64,000 nucleotides of DNA from an uncultured Bacteroidales bacterium (GCA_963846335.1 CAWJVS010000004.1:5769-69768); one strand, 5' to 3'. Positions 21,037 to 33,234 are shown, counted from the stretch's first letter. Numbers and translations are program-made. Notes: a model not told the origin generated them from the sequence alone.

Positions 21037-23286
21037 ATGGGAAAATATTCTATACTGGTTTTTCTGTTATGTAATATAATTACAACCATACCTCTCCACT
21101 CTCAGGTAAAAACTCCCCCGGTTAATCTAAGTGTTGCATTGCAGCCCGATGAGGAAAACCTGAATGTCTTTCAGCAATGGATAAGGTGGAATAATTCCGG
21201 CAGTCTGCTGATCAATCATCTGACTAAGCAGGCGATGGATTATTATGATATCAGAGACATGGAAATTGCGAAGCTGAAGACTAAAAGCGAGTGGATGATG
21301 CGGCAGTCTGTTGTCAGGGAAAAACTGATGGGGATGGTTGGTCCCTTCCCGGAAAAAACTCCCGTTAACGTGCGTATTACCGGTACAATAAAGAAAGAAG
21401 GCTACAGGATTGACAAGATTGTTTATGAACCGATGCCCGGATATTATGTCACTGGGTGTCTTTATGTTCCCGATGGCATTAAAGGGAAGGCGCCAGCAAT
21501 CCTGAATGTCATCGGACATAACCAGGAAGCCTTCAGGGCACCCCTATATCAGGTAATTAACTTTAACCTGGTAAAAAAGGGAATGATCGTTTTCGCAATA
21601 GATCCTCCGGGACAGGGAGAACATGTTCAGTATTTCGATCCGAAGATCAATTTTTCTTCAATAGGCTATACTGTGATCGAGCACTGCTATTTTGGGAATC
21701 AATGCTTTCTGTCGGGTTCTTCAGCTGCCAGATATTTTATCTGGGAAGGGATGAGGGCGATCGATTACCTGGTAACACGAAAGGATGTTGATCCTGAAAG
21801 GATCGGAGTAACCGGGTTTTCAGGGGGAGGGACGGTAACCTCATATATTTCCGCATTTGACGACAGGGTAAAAGTTTCTGTACCATGCAGCTGGGCCACA
21901 TCAAACAGAAGAGCTCTTGAAACAAAAGGAGATCAGGATGGCGAGACAATATTTCCTCATGGAATTGCTGAAGGGATAACCTTTGAAGACCTTCTGGAAG
22001 TAAGAGCCCCAAAACCTACTCTGATGACATTTGTGTCACGCGATGAATATCTCTGCTTACAGGGTGCACGTGAAGCATATTCTGAAGCAAAAATGGCATA
22101 TAATGCTTTTGGCCGGGAAGATAACCTGGAACTGGTCGAAGATGACTCCAAACACTGGATGACTCCAAAGATACGGCTGGCCATTTATGCATTTTTCATG
22201 AAACATTTTAATATTTCAGGCGACCCCGCAGAGGCGGAAGCGGAGATATTATCACCGGAAGAACTGAAAGTGACCCCTACCGGACAGATTTCAACTTCAT
22301 TGGGAGGCGACTTGATTTTTGATGTTAATAAAAAAGAAACTGAAAAATTGATAGAAAATCTTGAGAAAGGGAGAAAAGATATTGAGAAACATCTTGGCGA
22401 AGTTAAAATCAAAGCAAAAGAAATTTCAGGATATATTGAACCTGCTGCAGAACCGGTAAAACCATTTATAAATGGAAGATACCAGAGAGAAGGCTATTCT
22501 GTTGGCAAATACGCGATTATGGGAGAAGGTGATTACGCAATTCCAATACTCCTGTTTGTTCCAAATGATAATATCGCCAGACATCCTGCTCTGGTTTACC
22601 TTCATCCCGGGGGTAAAGTCACGGAGGCAAAGCCAGGAGGGGAGATTGAAAAACTGGTAAAAAGAGGATATGTTGTTGCAGCAACCGATGTATTGGGAAT
22701 TGGCGAAACAAAAAATACCGCATCGAGGGGACATACAGCCGGATACACAGCAGTTATAATTGGCAGAAGCGTTGTAGGTATCCAGGCAGGTGATATCGTC
22801 AGGGTCGTAAATTACCTTAAAGGTTGCGATGATGTTGATACCTCCAAAATTGGTGCCATCGGAATAAATGAAATGTGCATTCCACTTATACATGCAGCAG
22901 CATTTGACACCTCAATAAAAAATATTGCACTGATCGGATCTCCTGTCTCCTACCGCTCGATAGCCATGAACCGGCTGTTTAAAATAGGCCTCAGAAAATA
23001 TGAGAAAGAAGTTAAGGGTCATCCTTATGAAGTTGACTTTTCATGGGGTATTGCCGGAGTTTTAACAGCATACGATCTGCCTGATCTGATTGGGTGCATT
23101 GCCCCCAGAAAGGTTGCAATTGCCGATTTAAAGGATCATTCCCTTGAATCAGCTCCTGAAGACCTTATAAAACAGGAAATGACTTTTCCCCGCTCAGTCT
23201 ATTCTTACAAAGGTGTATCAGCTAACCTGAAGATTACCTCTGTGTCAGAGACTTCCGCAGATCTTGCTGACTGGTGTTTTAAATAA
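21037..23286 (+). CDS. secreted tandem alpha/beta-hydrolase (acetylxylan esterase-like), copy 1
   Basis: signal peptide, DP.GQGE, RAIDYL..R.DVD..RIGVTGFSGGG, APKP; second degenerate hydrolase domain. Confidence 0.85.
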   Translation: MGKYSILVFLLCNIITTIPLHSQVKTPPVNLSVALQPDEENLNVFQQWIRWNNSGSLLINHLTKQAMDYYDIRDMEIAKLKTKSEWMMRQSVVREKLMGMVGPFPEKTPVNVRITGTIKKEGYRIDKIVYEPMPGYYVTGCLYVPDGIKGKAPAILNVIGHNQEAFRAPLYQVINFNLVKKGMIVFAIDPPGQGEHVQYFDPKINFSSIGYTVIEHCYFGNQCFLSGSSAARYFIWEGMRAIDYLVTRKDVDPERIGVTGFSGGGTVTSYISAFDDRVKVSVPCSWATSNRRALETKGDQDGETIFPHGIAEGITFEDLLEVRAPKPTLMTFVSRDEYLCLQGAREAYSEAKMAYNAFGREDNLELVEDDSKHWMTPKIRLAIYAFFMKHFNISGDPAEAEAEILSPEELKVTPTGQISTSLGGDLIFDVNKKETEKLIENLEKGRKDIEKHLGEVKIKAKEISGYIEPAAEPVKPFINGRYQREGYSVGKYAIMGEGDYAIPILLFVPNDNIARHPALVYLHPGGKVTEAKPGGEIEKLVKRGYVVAATDVLGIGETKNTASRGHTAGYTAVIIGRSVVGIQAGDIVRVVNYLKGCDDVDTSKIGAIGINEMCIPLIHAAAFDTSIKNIALIGSPVSYRSIAMNRLFKIGLRKYEKEVKGHPYEVDFSWGIAGVLTAYDLPDLIGCIAPRKVAIADLKDHSLESAPEDLIKQEMTFPRSVYSYKGVSANLKITSVSETSADLADWCFK

Positions 23287-23305
23287 TCAGTAAAAACCAG
23301 CTATC

Positions 23306-24739
23306 ATGAACAGAAAAAAGTTTATTAAAAATGTATCATTTGGTGTTGCAGGAATGAGTTTGGTCAGTTCTTGTTCAGGAGGTAAAAATGAAAATGTAAA
23401 TGAAAAAACAAACTTATTGAAAGAACATGTTCCTGATTACCGTGCTAAGATAAAGTCATCATTTGCCCTGACAAATACAAAGAGCGCCGGTGATAAAATA
23501 ATATTAGCGCTTATAGGGGCAGGCAGCTGGGGGACATACCTGGTACAAAATATCATTGAACTTAACAAAAATATCGAATTTAAATATGTGTGCGATGTTG
23601 ATGATACCCGCGGAGGAGCTGTCATTGCCGATATTGAGCGAAAGCAGGGTTTTCCGCCCGCGAGTGTGAGAGACATGCGAAAAGTTTTTGACGACAAAGA
23701 TGTAGATGGTGTAATTATTGCAACGCCTCATCACTGGCACGGGCTTGCAAGTATATGGGCCATGCAGGCAGGCAAAGATGTTTATGTCGAAAAATGTGTC
23801 TCCTTTACAATTGGCGAAGGGCAGAAGATGATTGAGGCCGCCATGAAATATGAGAGAATTTTGCAATGTGGTACTCAAAACAGAAGCGCTCCATACAATT
23901 TTAAGGCACGCGACTACATTAAAAGCGGTGAACTTGGGCAGATTGTTGCAGTTGAGGTCATGGAACTCGATGATGGACCAGTGCCTTTTAAGGAAAAGGA
24001 AGCTTCAGCTGCTCCTGATACAATCGATTGGGATATGTGGCTCGGACCTGCACCAAAGGTACCTTACAGTGTTTCACGGAATAAATCATGGGCTTACTAC
24101 TGGGATTATTCAGGAGGAAATGAACTGGGTCTCGGGGCAATCCATCAAATGGATTTAACCCGTTTTGTTCTGGGTGATCCGGGCTTCCCCAAATCGGTTT
24201 ATTGTGCAGGAGGCCGGTACCTTTTTAATGACAACCGGGATATCCCGGACTACCAGATGACTACCTTCGATTATGGCAATTTTATACTGACGCTTCAAAC
24301 AGGCGCCTTTACTCCATATATGTCAAAAGCCGGTATGGAAATAAGGGATGGTGATCTTTTTCCCGAATGGAAAATGAACTGCGACAAGATTGTTATTTAC
24401 GGCACAAAGAGAGTAATGTATCTGGGTCGCATGGGAGGCGGCTGGCAGGTATTTGACAAGAATGGCATAGTTGTGGCCCAGGAATATGGCCGCTTTCCAC
24501 TGCGTATTCATCTCGCCAATTTTACAGATTGTATTCGCACAAGGAATCAGCCAAATGCCGGGATTCTTGAAGGGCATAAGAGCTCAGTACTTGTTCATCT
24601 TGCCAATCTGTCCTACCGTGCAGGAAGTAAACAACTTTTATTTTCTCCTGAACACGAGATAATAACTAATGACAATAATGCTCAATCCCTGGCTGAAGGG
24701 TACCATAGAAAAGGATTTGAAATTCCTGATGTTGTATGA
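23306..24739 (+). CDS. Gfo/Idh/MocA oxidoreductase with Tat-like lipoprotein signal
   Basis: NRKKFIK..LVSSC, IGAGSWG, ATPHHWH, GKDVYVEK, QCGTQNRS, WDMWLGPAP, IHQMD. Confidence 0.88.
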   Translation: MNRKKFIKNVSFGVAGMSLVSSCSGGKNENVNEKTNLLKEHVPDYRAKIKSSFALTNTKSAGDKIILALIGAGSWGTYLVQNIIELNKNIEFKYVCDVDDTRGGAVIADIERKQGFPPASVRDMRKVFDDKDVDGVIIATPHHWHGLASIWAMQAGKDVYVEKCVSFTIGEGQKMIEAAMKYERILQCGTQNRSAPYNFKARDYIKSGELGQIVAVEVMELDDGPVPFKEKEASAAPDTIDWDMWLGPAPKVPYSVSRNKSWAYYWDYSGGNELGLGAIHQMDLTRFVLGDPGFPKSVYCAGGRYLFNDNRDIPDYQMTTFDYGNFILTLQTGAFTPYMSKAGMEIRDGDLFPEWKMNCDKIVIYGTKRVMYLGRMGGGWQVFDKNGIVVAQEYGRFPLRIHLANFTDCIRTRNQPNAGILEGHKSSVLVHLANLSYRAGSKQLLFSPEHEIITNDNNAQSLAEGYHRKGFEIPDVV

Positions 24740-26169
24740 TTGTGATATCTGTATTACTGACTTTGTTCTTCAGCTATGCATCAGATTTTTTCCCGGACTC
24801 AAAATCTGCAGGAAGAATCATCTATATTGATCAGACTGCCGGAGATGACAGCAACAAAGGGACCAGCCCTGCATCAGCATTGAAGAATTGTCCGGGGATG
24901 GAAGCTTACAAAGGTTCTGTGATGCTACAACCCGGTGATACAGTTTATTTCGACAGTTCCGATACCTGGACGGTAACCGGGTTACAGGGCATTCTCCTGG
25001 AAGGAGGTGTTACCTACATAGGTGATTCATGGGGATCCGGAATCAGGGCGGAAATCAGGGCTGCCACCGACCTTCCATCAGGAGTGGTCCGTTTTCAAGA
25101 CCATGTAACCATTCCTACGGTCTTCAGGGGATTCAACGTGGACGCCAACAGAAAGGTAACAACCGGTATAGACATAAACCATACTCATTCGACACTTATG
25201 AATGGGGCGACAAAAAGGGTGGAAAACTGTGAAATTCATCATGTATGGAGCCGTACCTCCTTAAATCAATATAAATACGGCATAATAATCAGCAACTATC
25301 TGGGGCCAAAAGGTTATTGTGAGAATGTTGAGATCATAAACTGCAAGGTTCACGATATCTCGAGGGATATCATCTGCTTGTATCCCAGTGACATTGAAGG
25401 AAGCAGGATCAGGAACATCACAGTAAGAGGATGCGAGGTTTACAATTCAGGCCAGGATCCTGATTATGGTGCAGGGTCTGGTATCTGCATCAAAGGTTAT
25501 GTTGAGGATGCATATGTGGAGTACAATTACATTCACGATGTAAAAGCTTCAGGTCTGTTCATTAACAGTAATGAAACCCGGCATTATTCTGGTATAGGTC
25601 CCAGGAACATTCACCTGCGCTATAATATAATAGGCAACAACACACCGCATGGTGCTATAAAACTCCATGACGGGAAAAGCGGAAGCGATCCGAAAGATGT
25701 GAAGATATACGGTAATATAGTTTATGGAAATCCGGTCAATCTCGGCCTTGTAATGCTCAAGAGCCTTGCCAACGCCAACAGCATCCGTGTTTTCAATAAT
25801 ACTTTCTATAACGCCCTTATTATTATTGACTCCCCATCAGCTACATTCCCGGTATTCGAGTTCAGTAACAATGCGGTGTTTTACAGCGGAGGACCACCGA
25901 TTATCGGCGCAGATCGCTTCACACTCTTTTCAAACAATATGATCGAAAAACCGGTTTTTAAAGATCCCTCCGGGTTACCAACGGGTTTTAAAGGAAAATA
26001 CGGCGTAGACCTGGCTCCAAACACTGATGGACTTAGTCTGCCTGGCAATTCACCCGGAAGAGATGGCGGTAAAACCCTGATGGAAACTTACAATGGCAGT
26101 ATCAACTCTGTCGTACGTCCAGCTGGAAATGCATGGGATATAGGCGCCTACGAGCAATCTGCAGATTAA
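24736..26169 (+). CDS. secreted right-handed parallel beta-helix protein
   Basis: YID...GDDSN.GTSP, PGD.VYF, N-rich beta-helix repeats, SPG.D.G...DIGAYE C-terminus. Confidence 0.75.
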   Translation: MIVISVLLTLFFSYASDFFPDSKSAGRIIYIDQTAGDDSNKGTSPASALKNCPGMEAYKGSVMLQPGDTVYFDSSDTWTVTGLQGILLEGGVTYIGDSWGSGIRAEIRAATDLPSGVVRFQDHVTIPTVFRGFNVDANRKVTTGIDINHTHSTLMNGATKRVENCEIHHVWSRTSLNQYKYGIIISNYLGPKGYCENVEIINCKVHDISRDIICLYPSDIEGSRIRNITVRGCEVYNSGQDPDYGAGSGICIKGYVEDAYVEYNYIHDVKASGLFINSNETRHYSGIGPRNIHLRYNIIGNNTPHGAIKLHDGKSGSDPKDVKIYGNIVYGNPVNLGLVMLKSLANANSIRVFNNTFYNALIIIDSPSATFPVFEFSNNAVFYSGGPPIIGADRFTLFSNNMIEKPVFKDPSGLPTGFKGKYGVDLAPNTDGLSLPGNSPGRDGGKTLMETYNGSINSVVRPAGNAWDIGAYEQSAD

Positions 26170-26255
26170 GATATTGCATCAGGTATCCTGCTGTATCAGA
26201 TTCAGGTAACAATTTAATGATTCGAAATTAAAAATCAAACAGATAAAATTTAAAG

Positions 26256-28534
26256 ATGGAAATAAACCCGGGAAAAACAGCTGGAAAGATACTTTTACTT
26301 TTAAGTATCTCCATTTTTATCAGGACAGGAACACTGCATTCACAGTTAAAACCTTTACCGGTGAATGCTGGTATTGCTCTTCCGCCCGATGAAGAAAACC
26401 TGAATGTATTTCAGCAATGGATAAGGTGGAATAATCCGGGTAGTCTGCTTATTAATCATCTTAACAGGCAGGCAATAGATTATTATGAGATCAGGGACAG
26501 GGAGATAGCAAAGCTGAAAACCAAAAGTGAATGGATGAAGAGACAGGCTTTCGTCAAAGATAAAATAATTGAACTCGTTGGCCCTTTCCCTGAAAAAACT
26601 CCGTTTAAATCCGAAGATTACCGGTACAATTAAAAAAGATGGCTACAGAGTCGACAAGATTGTATTTGAAGCGATGCCAGGATATTATGTCACAGGTTGT
26701 ATTTATGTTCCGGACGGCATCAAGGGAAAAATCCCTGCCATACTGAATGTCTGCGGGCACAATCCGGATGCCTTCAGAATGGCAATTTACCAGGTAATAA
26801 ATTATAACCTGGTCAAAAAGGGGATGATTGTATTTGCAATCGATCCTCCGGGACAGGCTGAACATGTTCAATATTTTGACAAAGAGAAAAATACCTCTGC
26901 AATCGGATATTCCGTAATTGAGCATTGTTATTTCGGGAATCAGTGTTTTCTGACAGGCTCATGTGCTGCAAGGTATTTCATCTGGGAAGGGATCAGGGGT
27001 ATTGATTACCTTGTAAGCCGCAAAGATGTTGACCCGGAAAGGATCGGGGTAACCGGATGGTCAGGAGGAGGTCAGGTTACATCATATCTGTCCGCATTTG
27101 ATGATCGCGTTAAAGTGTCAGTACCATGCGCCGGATCCATCATAAACAGAAGATTACTGGAAACAAAAGGAATTCAGGATGCGGAATCTTTTTTTATAGC
27201 CGGGCTGGCTAATGGGATAACATTTGAGGATCTTATTGAAGTAAGGGCTCCAAAACCAACATTGATGGGATTTACATCAAGAGATGAATACCTTACTATT
27301 CAAAGTCAGCACGCAGCTTATGCGGAAGCAATAGCAGCTTACAGAGCCTTTGGTTATGAAGAAAACCTGAAAGTGTCAGAGGATGATTCCAAGCACTGGA
27401 TGACGTTCAGGTTCAGGAACGATTTATACGCCTTCTTCATGAAACATTTCAATCTGCCCGGTGATCCTTCAGAGATCGAAGCTGAAATTATACCGGCAGA
27501 AGAACTGAAAGTGACTCCTACAGGACAGATCTCGACTTCATATGGAGGGGATATGATCTTTGATGTGAATAAAAGGGAAAGCGAAAAACTTATTGAAGAC
27601 CTTGAGAGATCAAGAAAAGAGATAGATAAACATATAAGTCTTGTTAAAGTCAGGGCAAAAGAAATTTCAGGATATATTGATCCGGCAGGTGAAGAAATAC
27701 ACCCTTTGCTTAACGGAAGGTACCAGCGCGAAGGTTATTCAGTTGGGAAATATGCCATTATGGGCGAGGGAGATTATGCCATTCCGATTCTCCTGTTTAT
27801 ACCTGATGATAATAAAAACAAGCATCCGGCTCTGGTCTATCTTCATTCCAAAGGAAAAATAACAGAAGCAAAACCGGGAGGAGAAATAGAAAAGCTTGTC
27901 AGAATGGGTTATGTTGTGGCTGCAGCAGATGTTATTGGGACTGGTGAAACGAAAAATACCGTGACTAACAGGCAGGGAACAGCTGATGCAGGAAGCACTG
28001 CAATTTTAATAGGGAGAAGTGTGGTTGGATTACAGGCGGCGGATATTATAAGGGTGGTTAGATTATTTAAAAACCTGCAGCGAAGTTGATCCCATCAAAA
28101 TCGGAGCGATCGGTATTAATGAGATGTGTATGCCTCTGATACATGCAGCAGCATTTGATTCCTCTATTAACAACATTACTCTTATTGGTTCCTTAATCTC
28201 ATACCGGTCAGTGGTTATGAACAGGATATACAAAATCGGACTGACTCCTGTAAATAAAGGACCTAACATGCCTTATGAAATTGATTTTAACTGGAACATA
28301 GCCGGAGTATTGAAGGGATACGATCTGCCCGACCTGATAGGATGTATTGCTCCAAGAAAAGTCGCAATTACTGACTTAAAAAACCATGCGCTTGAACCAG
28401 CTTCCGAGGAGCTTGTTGAACTCGACATGAAATTTCCTCAATCAGCATATAATTACCATGGTGCAGCAGACAACCTGAAGATTTTCACTTCAGGTGCAAC
28501 TTCAATTGATATCGCTGACTGGTGTTTTAAATGA
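26256..28534 (+). CDS. secreted tandem alpha/beta-hydrolase (acetylxylan esterase-like), copy 2, frameshifts near 26604 and 28065
   Basis: close paralog of 21037-23286 (PDEENLNVFQQWIRWNN, GVTGWSGGG, ends ADWCFK). Confidence 0.85.
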
Positions 28535-28582
28535 TATGATATGAAACTTAGTTTTGTTTTTAAAACCTAAAAGTCAATATTT

Positions 28583-29501
28583 ATGTCAGAAACAATTAAT
28601 CGAAGGAAATTTTTTACCCGCACTTCTTTATCTGCGGCAGGCTTAATACTGGGAAGTAACCTGGCAGGATGTACGTCTGAACAGGAATCCGGGATTGCCT
28701 CGTACGATATAATGAAAGAAGTTGCAAAATACCGGAAGATTGATGCTCATGCACACCCGGAAACTGATCTTGGGAGGCAGATAGACAGTGCAGACAGGCT
28801 GGGAATCGAAAAACTTCAGATTTCAAAGCCAGGCATTAAAGAAGATTTCAAACCTGAAGAATTCAAAGCAAATAACGATCTGGTTCTGGCTGCCATGAAG
28901 CAGTATCCAGACAGGTACATTGGATTTTTTACATTGAATCCAGCCTACCGGAAAGAATCACTTGAAGAAATAAAACGATGCGTTGATCTGGGTATGGCGG
29001 GCTACAAGGGTTATACGCAGGTGAAAGTGAATGACCCCTTATACTATCCGATAATCGAAAAACTCATCGATCTGAAAATGATAGTATTCCTTCATGCTGA
29101 ATGTCAGCTTGGGGTGGGCGGATACAGGATGAAATATGATGCAGGGAAACCTCCAAATACTTCTGTCGCTGAAGATTTTATGGATGCTGCCAAAAGGTAT
29201 CCCGAGGCAATGTTTCATTTTGCCCATATTGGAGGAGGATTTGACTGGGAGTATCAATGCAAATCTTTTAAGAACTATCCGAATATTTTTGTTGATACGG
29301 AGGGAGCAATAACGAAGAGAACATGATTGATTTTGCAATACGATATCTTGGTGAGGACAGAATTCTGTTTGGCACCGACAACTGCTATCATCTTAATTAG
29401 GTAAGATTCTCGCATCAAACACAAATGAGGCTCAGAAGAAAAAGATCCTTTTCGAAAATTACAATAATATCTTAAGGAAAGGAGGTCACAATGTTGCCTG
29501 A
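28583..29501 (+). CDS. amidohydrolase family protein, Tat lipoprotein; frameshifts near 29300 and 29395
   Basis: NRRKFF...LAGC, IDAHAH, FLHA, FAHIGG, and LGEDRILFGTD in the shifted frame. Confidence 0.82.
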
Positions 29502-30880
29502 TAATAAAAAAAATTTCACCAGGCGGAGATTTATAGCTGCAGTATCAGCCAGTTCTATAGCTGCAGTCGCTTCAGGGGCAATTCCTGCGATTGGAAAATC
29601 AAACGGGATTACTGAAAAACTGGCAATCCTGGGAGGTGAGCCGGTACGGAAGAACAAGGACTGGCCGAGGTGGCCATATGTTGATGCTAAGGTGATTGAC
29701 TCAATACTAAAGACCACCAACAGCGGAAAATGGTGCAGAACATCGGGAGGATTTGAGTCTGAGAGTCAAAAAGGGCCGGTCGATGCCTTTGAGACTGAGT
29801 TTGCCAGGCTTTATGGTATCAGGCGTTGCGTGGCTGTCAATACAGGAACTTCAGCTTTAAATACAGCTGTCGAGGCTCTGGACATAGGTGCAGGAGATGA
29901 AGTAATCACCTCACCCTACAGCGATATAGGCACCATTGATTCGATAATGGTCAGCCGGGCACTCCCGGTGATGGCTGATCTGGATCCGGAGTCTTATCAG
30001 CTCGATCCTGAGGAAGTGGAGAAAAGAATCACGGAAAATACCAAAGCCATTATGCCGGTTCATATAATGGGTGTACCATGCAATATGGAGAGAATCATGG
30101 CAATTGCTAAAAAGCATAACCTGATAGTGATTGAAGATTCATGCCAGGCGCATTTTGCAGAATACAAGGGAAAGAAGCTTGGAACTATTGGCGATCTGGG
30201 ATGCTTCAGCTTTCAGGTAAGCAAAGCTGTTGCCTGTGGTGAGGGAGGTGCTGTTATAGGAAATGATGAAGAACTGATGAATATGGTCTATGCCATTCAG
30301 AATAAAGGATCGCGACCGGGGCAGGGGCATATCAGGATCGGACCGAAATACCGCATGACTGAATTTGAAGGGGCAATTCTTATGGGCCAGTTGCCAGGAG
30401 TGAAAGAACGCTTTGAAATCCGTAATAATAATGCAGCTTATTTGTCTTCCAGACTTAAAGATTTTCCGGGACTTGTTCCTCAGAAACAGTATGAAGGGAC
30501 AACCAGTTGCGGTTATTATAAATATGCAATGTCATATCATAAGGAACACTTCAATAATGCAGACCGCAGCAAATTTATAAAGGCAATCCAGGCTGAAGGC
30601 ATTCCCTTGAGCGGATATATCGAGATGGGATTTCACAGGGACAATGGCTGGCAGAACTATCTGTTAAACCTGAAGGTGTATCAGAAAATGTATTCTCCGG
30701 CCAGACTCAAGAAGATACCGGGATGAATTTACCTATCCAAACTGCGACAAGGTTTGCAGCGAAGTGGTAATTCTTGAAGGTCCGGGTCATCTGCTCGGTA
30801 CCAGGGCAGATATGGATGACATGATAAACGGTATAATGAAAGTCTACGACAATAGGGATAAACTAAGCTCAATAAAGTGA
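29491..30880 (+). CDS. DegT/DnrJ/EryC1/StrS PLP aminotransferase (copy 2), Tat signal; frameshift near 30716
   Basis: TRRRFI, GT.AL, PVHIMG, IEDSCQAH, FSFQVSK, GEGG; C-terminus continues to TGA 30878-30880. Confidence 0.88.
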
Positions 30881-30919
30881 TTACTGTACATTATTTAAAT
30901 AACTTTAAATCTCTCCCAT

Positions 30920-31954
30920 ATGAAAACGAATCAAATTTCCCGTCGCAATTTCATTCAGAAAACAGCATTGACCACTGGAGCAGCTTCGCTTTTACCGCTT
31001 GGAATAGCCAGTGATTCATTTGCTGCAGAAGCTGTTGGAGATAAGTCTTCCCGTGAAATCTGGATTGCCGGGATTTCCCAGATGGACCTGACAGCAGAAA
31101 CACCTGAACTGATGGCTCAAAAGGTATACGAGATCCTAAATGAAGTAGTAACATTTAAACCTGATTTTGTAGTGCTGCCTGAATCATTTCCATATGTCCC
31201 GAATAAACTTAAAATAAATGAAAAGGTGGCTATCTCAGACAAAGTACAGGAAAAGCTTGCAGCTTTCTCACAACAAAACAACTGTTACACCCTGTGCCCG
31301 GCGTGTACTAACTCCAACGGGAAAAACTACAATTCAATTGTGGTTTTTGACAGGAAGGGTAAGAAGATAGGCCAGTACAATAAGATTCATGCAACTGATG
31401 TGGAAATTCAAAACAGGGGTTTTAGCTGCGGTTCATTGTTTCAACCTGCTATCCAGACGGAATATGGGCCAATCGGTATTCAGATATGCTATGACATAAA
31501 CTGGGATGACGGATGGCAGATGCTTAAGAATCAGGGCGTTAAGATCATTTTTTGGTGTTCGGCATTTGATGGTGGTATAATGGTAAATACCAAAGCATGG
31601 CAACACAAGGTAGTCGTAGCTTCAAGCACTCTGAAAAATACATCAAAAATTTGCGATATCTCGGGTGAAACAATAACAAAAACCGGAATATGGAGTCCAA
31701 ACTATTACTGCGCTCCGGTAAACCTGGAAAAAGCATTTGTGGCAGCATATGACTACCTCAGTCAATGCAGGGAGATTGAGAAGAAATATGGAAGAAAAGT
31801 CAGAATTACAACTTTTCACGAGGAAGAGTGGACAATTATTGAGAGCCTTGCCCCTGACGTTCTCATTAAGGATCTCATGAAGGAATTTAATATAAGATCT
31901 TACGATGTGGATCTCAGTAATGCCGAAACACTGCAGAATCAATCACGTCTGTAA
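30920..31954 (+). CDS. carbon-nitrogen hydrolase (nitrilase/amidase family), Tat signal
   Basis: SRRNFIQK; catalytic triad LPE / YNKIH / QICYD. Confidence 0.88.
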   Translation: MKTNQISRRNFIQKTALTTGAASLLPLGIASDSFAAEAVGDKSSREIWIAGISQMDLTAETPELMAQKVYEILNEVVTFKPDFVVLPESFPYVPNKLKINEKVAISDKVQEKLAAFSQQNNCYTLCPACTNSNGKNYNSIVVFDRKGKKIGQYNKIHATDVEIQNRGFSCGSLFQPAIQTEYGPIGIQICYDINWDDGWQMLKNQGVKIIFWCSAFDGGIMVNTKAWQHKVVVASSTLKNTSKICDISGETITKTGIWSPNYYCAPVNLEKAFVAAYDYLSQCREIEKKYGRKVRITTFHEEEWTIIESLAPDVLIKDLMKEFNIRSYDVDLSNAETLQNQSRL

Positions 31955-32023
31955 GATCCAATAATATTGTAGTTGTGGAAAAAGTCCTTTGTGTTCCTTA
32001 TTCTTAAAGAACATCTATATCTT

Positions 32024-33040
32024 TTAAAATTCCAGCAGGTGAAGCGCATCCTCGACTGTCCCCTCTTTGACCTTCAATTGTGGCTCCCAGTAACCGGGGA
32101 TGGATTTTTTACTCAGATACTCTTCCATTGTCGGGTGGGGAGAAAGGAACATTTTTTTAACTTTTATGGGTGTTTTCAGGGTATATGGTTTGCATGAGGG
32201 AATTGCAGACATGGCTCTCTTTGCACCTTCATAGAGCGCTTTGCGTGTCTCCTCCAGTGGGTACAGTACAGCCGCTTCTCTTGCGATCCCACGCTTTACT
32301 GCAACAGTTACGCAATTCTCACCAAAAAACTTCTTCGCTTCGCGGCATGTAGCCTCATCACCTGTGGCCATTATGGGAGGTACTCTGAAATACCCGGCAA
32401 TTGCAGCGTTCTGGGCCAGTTCACCCGATTCCACATCATTGTACCAATACCGGTTCTCAACACTCTGTGTGTGGTTCAATACACCATCCGGGGTTCCCCT
32501 CATGGCATGAAAACCGAGCAGAACGCATCCTGCAAACGACTCGTCGAGTCCCCACAGCGCACCCGGCGCGGGTTTAGGTTTTCCGGTTATATATGTAGCA
32601 CCTGGTACCATCAAATCCGGGATCACAGCCTGATCGCCATGTCCGTCACAGACCACAACTTCAGTTGCACCCCCGTCACGCAGTCCACGCACAACTGCTG
32701 CAACATCTCCCATAAAGTATTCACACGCCTTAATATTCAATGGTGTGTCCTTTACCCAGGCCTGGTCGAACTTATAAACGCCACTGATACCCTCCAGATC
32801 TGTAATAATATAGATTTTCTTTTGGGCAGTGACAGAATTTGTAAAGATGAGTAACATCAATAAAACCGTTAATAACCAGTATGGTTGTAAACATTTAAGG
32901 GAAAGCAATGTATTTCTCCGGGAATAATTGTTCTCCGTTTTTGACAGATATCCTCCGGGAAAATTCAGATTGAACCAGATCTTATTAGTTTCCATAGCTT
33001 TAATTGTTAATATTAGATTTATAAAATGTTGATTATTCAA
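32024..33040 (-). CDS. dppA: M55 family D-aminopeptidase (DppA-like), secreted; true start probably downstream
   Basis: IITDLEGISG, DGHG, GFHA..G..GVLNHT, SGE, TGD; hydrophobic signal ending VTA-Q. Confidence 0.8.
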   Translation of the reverse strand: MNNQHFINLILTIKAMETNKIWFNLNFPGGYLSKTENNYSRRNTLLSLKCLQPYWLLTVLLMLLIFTNSVTAQKKIYIITDLEGISGVYKFDQAWVKDTPLNIKACEYFMGDVAAVVRGLRDGGATEVVVCDGHGDQAVIPDLMVPGATYITGKPKPAPGALWGLDESFAGCVLLGFHAMRGTPDGVLNHTQSVENRYWYNDVESGELAQNAAIAGYFRVPPIMATGDEATCREAKKFFGENCVTVAVKRGIAREAAVLYPLEETRKALYEGAKRAMSAIPSCKPYTLKTPIKVKKMFLSPHPTMEEYLSKKSIPGYWEPQLKVKEGTVEDALHLLEF

Positions 33041-33234
33041 ATTGATTCATCATATTTCCTGACAATTTATAAAATATTTACTCTCTTGCTTTCTTATCAG
33101 AATATTTTTTTGGCTCATTTTAAAATTATCAAATATTCAATTGTTAAAAAAAGGCGCTAATTATTTATGATATTTATCATTGGGGTTAACAGAAATAATT
33201 TTAATCCATACGACTCAATTTAAGAATCAATTAT

